DNA of 64,000 nt from an uncultured Methanosarcinales archaeon (GTDB lineage Archaea; Nanobdellota; Nanobdellia; Woesearchaeales; BS150m-G63): contig CAZVVW010000003.1 of assembly GCA_964630685.1 (NCBI GenBank), positions 32,110 through 96,109 on the forward strand. The letters run 5' to 3'. Positions 56,358 through 64,000 of this stretch are shown here, in pieces. Both the position numbers and the translations under genes were made by a program. Under the pieces are notes generated by a model. The model ran no database searches. It saw only the letters and a list, made by a program, of their open reading frames with translations, and was not told where the DNA came from. Numbering within the stretch: position 1 is the stretch's first letter; each line of letters opens with the position of its first letter.

Positions 56358-57035
56358 ATGAAATGGGAAAAATTAACAATAATTATACCAACACTTAATG
56401 AAGAAGAGAGTATTGGGAAATTAATCAAAATATTACACAAAATGTATAATGGGGTGAATGTCCTTATTTCTGATGATGGAAGTAAAGATAAAACTAGGGA
56501 TATTGCTAAAGAATTGGGTGCAGGGGTTATTGATAGGTCTGATAAAGAGATTAGGGGACTTACAATCAGTGTGTTAGATGCTGTTAATGTTGTGGATACT
56601 CCCTATTTTGTTGTGATGGATGCAGATTTGCAACATCCCCCTGAAGCTGTTGGACGAGCCGCAAAGAAATTAGAGAGATTTAATGTTGTTGGGTGTGTAA
56701 GAAGAAAAATAATAGGGGATTGGGGTTTTTTTAGGAAATTGATGTCTAAAACTGCTATAATTTTGGGGAAAATTAGGTTGATGGGGCGAGTTAAGTTTAA
56801 TGATTTAATGACTGGTTTTTTTGGTGCAAAAACTGAATTTTTTAGGGATGTTGTTAGGGGGAATCATGATCGTTTTGAATTAGAGGGGTATAAAGTTTTC
56901 TTTGATTTATTGAAATTATTGGAACGTGGGACTCCTATAGGGTGTGTTAAATATGATTTTAATATCAGAGAAGCTGGGACGTCAAAGATAAGTAAAAGAC
57001 ATATTCTACTTTATCTAAAATCTTTATTCAAGTAG
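56358..57035 (+). CDS. Polyprenol-phosphate glycosyltransferase (DPM1-like GT2)
   Basis: IIPTLNE, DDGSKD, MDADLQHPP, F..REAG.SK. Confidence 0.9.
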   Translation: MKWEKLTIIIPTLNEEESIGKLIKILHKMYNGVNVLISDDGSKDKTRDIAKELGAGVIDRSDKEIRGLTISVLDAVNVVDTPYFVVMDADLQHPPEAVGRAAKKLERFNVVGCVRRKIIGDWGFFRKLMSKTAIILGKIRLMGRVKFNDLMTGFFGAKTEFFRDVVRGNHDRFELEGYKVFFDLLKLLERGTPIGCVKYDFNIREAGTSKISKRHILLYLKSLFK

Positions 57036-57060
57036 ATATTAGATATTGTGATATTTGGAT

Positions 57061-58566
57061 TTATTTCTCTGTTGTGAAGATGTGGTATGTTCTGTTATTG
57101 TATTGTTTTTCAAATACTTTTGTAAATCTATTTTGAATATCCGTGAATAAGTCTTGTTGTTTTTTTTCGCAGTGTTCGTCATAACAAACAAAAGAAGAAG
57201 GAGAATAAATTACTGCGTTTGCTTTAAGTCTATTTTGAATATAAATTTGGATTCCTTCATTTACTGAAAAATAATATGGGACATATTTATTATCTGTATA
57301 TGCTGATGGAACTGGGTCTGTTGTTAAAATAGACCCTTGTATATGGTTGTGTTGAAAGTATTTTTGGAATTCAGAAGTTATTGGGAATTCATGATTTACT
57401 CTCCACTCAAATTCTTCATTTATTTGATCTACGCTGTGTGAGATACTCAATATAGCGAATATCAAAAGAATTGTGTAAATTGGATATTTAAAGTAGTATT
57501 TTTGTTTTTTTGTTAATTTAATAAATTGGTGGATTCCATATGCAGACAAAATTATTATGTAAGGTAAAAATGCTAAAGAAAATCTTGGTTGTTTATTTAT
57601 TATGAGTGTGAAATATAACCAATATATTGATAGGGTGATGAATATTGTTGTTGCTTTATGATTTTTATATTCTTTGTTTTTTATAAGGAAAACTATTGCA
57701 ATGAAAATGAAAATAATTAACCCATTTTGTTGAATTAGAACTGAACAATAATGTGAAATATTGTCTAATAGTGATGGGACTGCGTGCAAAGGATTTGCTT
57801 GGTGTGAAAAACCTAAAATAAAAGGTCTAAAGATTGCGTGATATGCTTTTGAAGTATATTTCCTGTAGATTAAAAAATTGAATATGAGGAAAGGAAGAAC
57901 TGTTAAGAAGAAGGAAAGGATAAATGGGTAATAGCTCTTTTTTACGCTTGTTTTTAATTTTTTTAGTGTGTTTTTGATTGATTGTCTAGTTATTATTTCA
58001 TTTATGAATATTGAAAATAGGATTGCTATGAGTAAAAGTCCTTGAGGAAATCTGAAAAGGAATGTTAGTGCTGTAAAAAATCCTACAAGGGGTAAGTTTT
58101 CTTTTGAGATATAAATATAAATTGCTAAAAGTGCAAAGAAAGTTGAAGCTATTCCTGTTAAAATATATGAACTATAAAGAAAAAATAATGGAGTGATTGC
58201 TAATAATGCTGCAGCTATTGTTGCTGTTGTTTTGTTGAAAGTCTCTTTAGATATAAGGTACACTAAAAGGATATTTCCTAAAGAAAAGAATACTGCGAGA
58301 ATTTCTGCAAACAAGATTGTGTCGAGTTTTAATTTCCATATTGCTCCAAGAAGTAATGGAAGTCCGAGAGGTCTTATGGATTCCCAGAGTCCTGCTTTAC
58401 CAAATGAGAAAAGGAATTTACCCATTCCAATATAGACTGCTTCATCCCAAATTATTTGATGGACTTTTGTTGCAGTGATTATTTTAAGAAGAATAAAAAT
58501 AGCGAAAATAGATATTAGAATATAATTTTCTTTTATTTTTTTTATTGATTTTGTTATTATCTTCAT
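57061..58566 (-). CDS. GT-C (PMT/ArnT-like) membrane glycosyltransferase
   Basis: WDEAVY, RPLGLP, polytopic TMs, KQPRF.L..LP. Confidence 0.85.
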   Translation of the reverse strand: MKIITKSIKKIKENYILISIFAIFILLKIITATKVHQIIWDEAVYIGMGKFLFSFGKAGLWESIRPLGLPLLLGAIWKLKLDTILFAEILAVFFSLGNILLVYLISKETFNKTTATIAAALLAITPLFFLYSSYILTGIASTFFALLAIYIYISKENLPLVGFFTALTFLFRFPQGLLLIAILFSIFINEIITRQSIKNTLKKLKTSVKKSYYPFILSFFLTVLPFLIFNFLIYRKYTSKAYHAIFRPFILGFSHQANPLHAVPSLLDNISHYCSVLIQQNGLIIFIFIAIVFLIKNKEYKNHKATTIFITLSIYWLYFTLIINKQPRFSLAFLPYIIILSAYGIHQFIKLTKKQKYYFKYPIYTILLIFAILSISHSVDQINEEFEWRVNHEFPITSEFQKYFQHNHIQGSILTTDPVPSAYTDNKYVPYYFSVNEGIQIYIQNRLKANAVIYSPSSFVCYDEHCEKKQQDLFTDIQNRFTKVFEKQYNNRTYHIFTTEK

Positions 58567-59306
58567 TCTAAATATTCTTCACAATGGTTACTTGGAGTCC
58601 TATAACTATTACAAATTAATTTCCCCAATTCTTCTTTTTCTACAACTCTACTGTAGGGTGTATCTTCAATTACTATTGTAGGGTATAATTGGATATCGTG
58701 AATTGATTCCAATAAACCAATTATGGGTTCAGTTTGTTTTAGATCTACATCTATTGGGAAAACCAATAGATCTTCACCTAAAAGAGTTTTAAAATAACTG
58801 AGTATCATTCCTTGATTTGGACAAATTGGGCAGTTTTCTCTGGAAAAAAAATATAGGAGTGTAACTGCGTCCATATTACATTGTTTTTTACTTTTTTCTG
58901 CAAAAAGCCAATATTTTAAATTATCTATAGTAAATTTTCTAAGGAGTGCTTTGTATTCTTTTTTGTTGAGTTTTGTATTTTTTTCAAATTTTTCTAGGTC
59001 TTCTAGGGTTTCGCTTAGAGTTATCAGTGTTGTTTGTAATGTGTTACTAAGAATATGACAGCTTTTTTCTGTGTCTTCTATTGTGTTCAAATAAAGATAT
59101 TGGAGTTGTAAGCTTTGGTAATCTAACTCTTGTGCTTTACTTTGCTCTTCTATCCAGGTTATCCTTTTGTGATCCAATACAAACCCTAAAGATAATCCTA
59201 ATGCGAATATCAAGAGAGTTATTGTTCCTGCGATGATGTATCTTTCTATGCTGATTCTTCTGTTTATTGGTTTTGTATTCTTTGTTGATTTTGTTTGTTT
59301 TACCAT
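58563..59306 (-). CDS. Membrane-anchored coiled-coil protein with C-terminal thioredoxin-like domain
   Basis: N-terminal TM, helical region, YFFSRENCPICPNQG and YPTIVI. Confidence 0.75.
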   Translation of the reverse strand: MVKQTKSTKNTKPINRRISIERYIIAGTITLLIFALGLSLGFVLDHKRITWIEEQSKAQELDYQSLQLQYLYLNTIEDTEKSCHILSNTLQTTLITLSETLEDLEKFEKNTKLNKKEYKALLRKFTIDNLKYWLFAEKSKKQCNMDAVTLLYFFSRENCPICPNQGMILSYFKTLLGEDLLVFPIDVDLKQTEPIIGLLESIHDIQLYPTIVIEDTPYSRVVEKEELGKLICNSYRTPSNHCEEYLE

Positions 59307-60568
59307 TTTTGTCTCACTCCAAATATTAATTGTATTAATACTATCACTGAAATTATGCTGAGCATTGTATAATAGAAGAAAAAGTAGAATATAATATAAA
59401 TTATTCCATGTTTTCTTATTTTTTCATCTGTATTTTTGTGTGAAAGATAAAAAACTATTAATGCTGCAAAAAATAATGTGTATGCTATGAACATCATTCC
59501 CAAGTCCAATTCAAGAAGATTAAAATTAAAATCTATACTTCTTATATAATGGAGAAAATCAAATCTTATGAGATAAAGGTTGTGAATCTCTCTGAATAAC
59601 GGTTTAAAAGTGAAGTAACCAAAAAAGAATATTGTACATACACTTAGAATATAGGTAGCTAAATTTATTGGGAGTTGGAGCACTCCAAAATCCCCATATT
59701 TTCTATTGAAGAAAATTTGTTTATATTTATGAAGGTTTATCATACTTCCCTTGAACCACCTATTTCTTTGTTTGTATAATCCCTTTAAGTTGTGTGGTGC
59801 TGTAGTATAAACATATGCGTTATGGCATTGCCTTATGCCATAGTGATTTTTTTGTGCTCTGTATGCTATCTCTTGGTCTTCTGTGAGGTTATTAATATCA
59901 AATCCCCCTAATTTTTTGATTATGTCTGTCCTATATAGTGAAAATGGTCCTGGTGCCACGTATATCATATCTAAAAGTCCCATTAATCTTGCTAAAAACA
60001 TTGATGCCAGATATTCTAATCTCTGGAATTTTTGTGTGAGAGTTTTTGGATCTTTTACCCCCATTGCAGGTGTAACAATTGCTAAGTGGGGGTGTTGATA
60101 ATAAAATTTAATCATCTTTGTTAATGTATGTTTATCTACAAATGAATCTGCATCTAAGCAAGCAAAGAATTCTCCTTTTGCTATTTTTAATGCGTTGTTT
60201 AATGATTTTGCCTTTCCTTGATTTTTTTGGTCTATGAATATTATTTTTCTGTGTTTGTTGATGTTAATTGTTTCTTGTATTTTTTGTTTTGTGTGGTCTG
60301 TTGAGCCATCGTTCACTATTATGATTTCTGTTTTATTGGTTGGATATTTTAATTTTAATACTGATTTTATTGTTCCTGTTATTGTGTTTTCTTCGTTATG
60401 AGCTGGAATGATTATAGAAACTAAAGGAAATTCTGTGAGTTTCATTCTTTTTTTAGACTCTTGTTTCATGTGTTTTCTGTTATCTAAGAAAGAGAGTAGC
60501 CAAAACACTAAAATATATAGCAGGCCAAGATACGTTACCCATAATAGAATTTCTACTGCAAAATTCAT
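59300..60568 (-). CDS. Processive GT2 polysaccharide synthase (cellulose/PNAG/chitin-like)
   Basis: IPAHNEE, NDGSTD, GKA.SLN, LDADS, GPFS.YR, TED, QRNRW plus flanking TMs. Confidence 0.88.
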   Translation of the reverse strand: MNFAVEILLWVTYLGLLYILVFWLLSFLDNRKHMKQESKKRMKLTEFPLVSIIIPAHNEENTITGTIKSVLKLKYPTNKTEIIIVNDGSTDHTKQKIQETININKHRKIIFIDQKNQGKAKSLNNALKIAKGEFFACLDADSFVDKHTLTKMIKFYYQHPHLAIVTPAMGVKDPKTLTQKFQRLEYLASMFLARLMGLLDMIYVAPGPFSLYRTDIIKKLGGFDINNLTEDQEIAYRAQKNHYGIRQCHNAYVYTTAPHNLKGLYKQRNRWFKGSMINLHKYKQIFFNRKYGDFGVLQLPINLATYILSVCTIFFFGYFTFKPLFREIHNLYLIRFDFLHYIRSIDFNFNLLELDLGMMFIAYTLFFAALIVFYLSHKNTDEKIRKHGIIYIIFYFFFYYTMLSIISVIVLIQLIFGVRQKW

Positions 60569-60640
60569 TTTATTTTATGTTCTTATTATTTATGTTTTAC
60601 TTTTAATTATTTAATCATTATTTTTGAAAATAATTTGATT

Positions 60641-62083
60641 TTAGGTGTAAGTCCAGATTTCAACTTCTCCGAGATAGTATGCTCTTTTAAATCTTTCGCT
60701 GTTCTTTAATAAAAATAATAATCCTTGGTTTTCTTTTTCCCACACTTGTCCTGTTTTCATTTTTTTATCAAGCCAGATGTATTTTATGTTATACTTGTCA
60801 AGCAAATCTGTTGTTGTTTTTAGGTTTCTTGAATTAAAAATGGTGAGTGAGTGGTTATATCTTTGTTCTACGTTTGGAGCATAATCAAATAAAGGATCCA
60901 TTACTGTTGGTTTGTTTGCTATTGACTCTATCCAAAAACCTTTGGAGTAATGAGAGAATACTATTCCTTTTGGTTGATTATGTAACCATTCTAAACTGGA
61001 AATAATTTCTGTATCTGGATCTAAATGAGATATCCTATTAATATATGATGTTGTAGAAAAAATTAATCCACACATTATTGCTAAGATGGTTAAATTTTTG
61101 ATTATTTTTAGTTCCCATTTTCTTTTTAATAATAAGAATATTGCGCTTGCTGCTAGAAAAGATAACAATAGATTAAGGTATATTCTTAGATAAGGTATAT
61201 GATATGAAACAATAATTAAGAGTACTGCTAATAAATAAAATACTATGTTTTGGTGGTTTTTTTTGATTGAAGAAAAACCCACAAAAGCTAAAAAAATTGT
61301 GAAAATCCCAAATGCCATTAATGCTCCAAAATCAGAAATGAATGTATTGAATAAATTAAAAGTTAAGAAAGAAGGCGTTAGAGGTAATTGGTGTTGAGAA
61401 TATAAGGGTATAAACTTAAATAATGTTGAAATTAGTATTGCAAAAGAAATTATTGCAAATCTTGGGGTCTTTTTTCTTGTTACTAAGCTATAGGATGCTA
61501 TCAATAAAAATAAAGTTATTGCGTGGAATAACCCAAATAAAGGCACCACTAATGAAGAAATCAAAGCGATTAAAAAATATTTTTTTTCGTGAATAAAAAA
61601 ATAAAAAGTTAATAAACTGAGGATAAATGAGATTGTATGTGGATTTGGTGCAGTGAATAAAAAGATAAAGATTGGGGAGGATATAAAAACTAAATTAGTT
61701 AAAAATCTAGTTTTGAGGTCCATTTTTAATTTTTTTAATATTAAATAAAACAATAATAAGGATATTATTCCCAAGATAAAGGGTGTTATTTTTAATAAAA
61801 AATCTAAAGGTATTACTTTAGATAAACCAGACATCATTAAATGATAAGGATTTAGTAAATAATTTGTTCCTCCATATGAAAGAGAATCATATTCTAATGT
61901 TCCTTTTTCAGACATTGTTTGGGCGATTCTTGCATGATAATAAGGTTCTGATCCTATTAAGGCGTTGTTGTAAACTAATAACCTAATTAAGTAAGGGATT
62001 AATAGGATTATTACAGCTAAAAGAATTAACATGATTATGCTGTTTTTTTCGTTTAGATTTTTTAATACCATCATATCACGCAA
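60641..62083 (-). CDS. GT-C/STT3-like polytopic membrane protein
   Basis: EPYYHAR, many TMs, extracellular C-domain with SHYSKGFWI...A.KP and KYNIKYI. Confidence 0.75.
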   Translation of the reverse strand: MRDMMVLKNLNEKNSIIMLILLAVIILLIPYLIRLLVYNNALIGSEPYYHARIAQTMSEKGTLEYDSLSYGGTNYLLNPYHLMMSGLSKVIPLDFLLKITPFILGIISLLLFYLILKKLKMDLKTRFLTNLVFISSPIFIFLFTAPNPHTISFILSLLTFYFFIHEKKYFLIALISSLVVPLFGLFHAITLFLLIASYSLVTRKKTPRFAIISFAILISTLFKFIPLYSQHQLPLTPSFLTFNLFNTFISDFGALMAFGIFTIFLAFVGFSSIKKNHQNIVFYLLAVLLIIVSYHIPYLRIYLNLLLSFLAASAIFLLLKRKWELKIIKNLTILAIMCGLIFSTTSYINRISHLDPDTEIISSLEWLHNQPKGIVFSHYSKGFWIESIANKPTVMDPLFDYAPNVEQRYNHSLTIFNSRNLKTTTDLLDKYNIKYIWLDKKMKTGQVWEKENQGLLFLLKNSERFKRAYYLGEVEIWTYT

Positions 62084-63552
62084 TTTACTTTGTATATCTT
62101 AACTTCTTTATCATACACCAAAGGGAAACATCCTTTGTTTATGTATGCTATCTCTTTTATGTCAAATGTTGATTTTGCTTTTGGTGAAAAATAAATATAA
62201 TTTATATCATATTTTGTTAACACCCTTATTGAATTTGTTGAGAATTTGGATGTGTATATTATTTCATGTGCTTCAAATCTTTGATTGATATCTTTAATTA
62301 ATAAAAAATTCTGGTCGATAAAGTTTTTTCTTCCTGCAATAGAAGTGATTAAATGTCCTTCTGTATATGCTGAAACTATTGTGGAATTTTCAGGGGTGTT
62401 TTCTTTAATCCAATTCAATGCTGTTAATTCTTTGTCTGTAATAGCATTTATTGTTTCTTTTTTGGCATAAGATAATGATGGTAAAAAAGAAGTTAAAATT
62501 AAAATGGTCATTAAAATTGCAGTGTATATTTTTTTATGAGGTATTTTTGTTTTAGATATAAATGTTGAAAAATCCCTATAGTATTGACTTGAAAGAACTA
62601 CTAAAGATAAACCTAAAAGGATTAAACTTTCTGAAGGTTTGAGTAATTTAAACCAGATTAGAATAAATGATGCTGTGGTGGTTCCTGTAAAAATATAAAT
62701 TGACCTTTTTCTTTTTTTATAGATGTAATTGTAAATTATGTAAATTCCGAAAACAAAAGGAATTATCCCTATTGCATAAATCGCTTCTAAGATTCCTATA
62801 TCAAAAAAGTAATGTGAAAGAATTTTTTCTGGTGCGTTTTGCCAAATAGTATAATATCCGTGAAGTAGAAATGCGTTTTTAAATAATAATAGAAGAAACC
62901 AAATAACTACAAATGTAGAAAATAATATAATTTCTAATTCTAATTTACTTTGAGGTAAATTTATTGCTTTTATGAGTATAAGGTAAATTAGTAAACCTAA
63001 GATTAATAAAAAAGAACTTGCGTGAGTTAACATTAAAAAGATTAAAGATATTAAAAATAAATGAATATAGGATTTGTTCTTGTTGATGTTCATTAATGCG
63101 AACAAAGAAAGAAAAATTAGTGGCACTGCTAAAGAATAAACAGATATGCTATTTACTGTTTGTTTGAAAAATAAAGGAACAAATCCTGCAATAAAGGCAT
63201 TTATTAACGCTATATCTTTTCTTTTTGTTATTTCTAAAGAAATTAAATAGATTAATATTACTAATGTTGATGCTAATATATTGGGGATTAGTTTCCCAAC
63301 CAAAGTTAATGGAAGGAATAAATTAAAGAATGCTAACACATAATAAAATAAAGGGTGGAATGTGGTGGATCTACCCCCATAACTTAGATCATCATAGAAT
63401 AAAGGTGTTCCTGTTTCACTTATGTGTTTTACTTGGTTTAATGTGTGATATGCCTGATCTCCTGTAAAATTTGGTGTGCTGAAAGCGAAATAAAGCCTTA
63501 TACCTAAAACTAATAAAAATATGAATACTAATATCTTTGTTTTTTTATTCAT
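62071..63552 (-). CDS. GT-C/STT3-like polytopic membrane protein (paralog of the downstream gene)
   Basis: DQAYH, YGGR...HPLF, LNWIKENTPENS.I, KYDINYI. Confidence 0.75.
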   Translation of the reverse strand: MNKKTKILVFIFLLVLGIRLYFAFSTPNFTGDQAYHTLNQVKHISETGTPLFYDDLSYGGRSTTFHPLFYYVLAFFNLFLPLTLVGKLIPNILASTLVILIYLISLEITKRKDIALINAFIAGFVPLFFKQTVNSISVYSLAVPLIFLSLFALMNINKNKSYIHLFLISLIFLMLTHASSFLLILGLLIYLILIKAINLPQSKLELEIILFSTFVVIWFLLLLFKNAFLLHGYYTIWQNAPEKILSHYFFDIGILEAIYAIGIIPFVFGIYIIYNYIYKKRKRSIYIFTGTTTASFILIWFKLLKPSESLILLGLSLVVLSSQYYRDFSTFISKTKIPHKKIYTAILMTILILTSFLPSLSYAKKETINAITDKELTALNWIKENTPENSTIVSAYTEGHLITSIAGRKNFIDQNFLLIKDINQRFEAHEIIYTSKFSTNSIRVLTKYDINYIYFSPKAKSTFDIKEIAYINKGCFPLVYDKEVKIYKVNCVI

Positions 63553-63642
63553 ATGAATGGAATTAAGTGGAAAGGGTATATAAATTTAATCCTCATTTAT
63601 TAGGCAAAGGTTTATAAAATTGTGTGCTTAAAGGATATTAAA

Positions 63643-64000
63643 ATGAGATTCTCTTCTGGATTTGATGAATTGGATGAATTATTGGGTGGAGGATATAACT
63701 CTAGTGAAATCAATATGGTTTATGGTCCTGCTGCTTCTGGAAAAACTACTGCTTGTTTTTTAGCTGCGATAGTTGTTGCGAAGAAAGGTAAAAAAGTTTT
63801 GTTTATAGATACTGAAAGTGGATTTTCTGTTGAAAGAATAAAACAATTAGTCGGAGAGGGTTATGAAAAAATTATAGAAAATATTTTTGTGTTAAAGGTA
63901 GGTTCCTTTGAAGAGCAAAAGAAACAATTTTTGAAGCTATTTTCAGTTGTTGCTGAAGGTGATTTTGATTTAGTTATTATTGATACTCTTGGAGCCCATT
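63643..64000 (+). CDS. radB: DNA repair protein RadB, 3'-truncated by the window edge
   Basis: MRFSSGFDELDELLGGG, YGPAASGKTT, FIDTESGFSVER, LVIIDT; not in the ORF track because it lacks a stop. Confidence 0.88.
   Translation, partial: MRFSSGFDELDELLGGGYNSSEINMVYGPAASGKTTACFLAAIVVAKKGKKVLFIDTESGFSVERIKQLVGEGYEKIIENIFVLKVGSFEEQKKQFLKLFSVVAEGDFDLVIIDTLGAH

Noticed and set aside
1-64000. Alternative genetic code or stop-codon recoding
   Set aside because: Conserved genes are full length under code 11 and terminate at TAA, TAG and TGA.

Overview
A 64-kb, AT-rich chromosomal segment of a DPANN archaeon, most likely Woesearchaeota-like (lineage inferred from gene content, not from a search). Archaeal markers include GatD/GatE, Cdc6/Orc1, PCNA, Cdc48, aMBF1, RadB, deoxyhypusine synthase, the oapABC/arvABC operon and tRNAs with bulge-helix-bulge introns; translation fits code 11. 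Most of the window is housekeeping and cell-envelope genes. There are five tRNAs: Arg-CCT, Thr-TGT, Ser-GCT, initiator Met-CAT and Leu-CAA, three with introns. No CRISPR array, rRNA, integrase or transposase was seen. Best leads: (1) a three-gene cassette at 12965-15878 encoding a RelA/SpoT-type HD hydrolase, a divergent alarmone synthetase-like protein and a SAM methyltransferase, unusual for an archaeon; (2) a modular hairpin mini-element family behind duplicated 3' ends of three tRNAs, with a compensatory base-pair change and one tandem amplification; (3) a ~2.2-kb foreign-looking island after pcna encoding a triple winged-helix/Mrr-like nuclease and a convergent AbrB-like gene. Features missing from the ORF track: a doubly frameshifted membrane-anchored ArsR-type regulator with an ACG start, an inverted degenerate 5' half of the initiator tRNA, a synonymously diverged relic of a phosphoesterase 3' end, and three small SD-led ORFs. 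All protein assignments are by motif recognition; no database searches were run.
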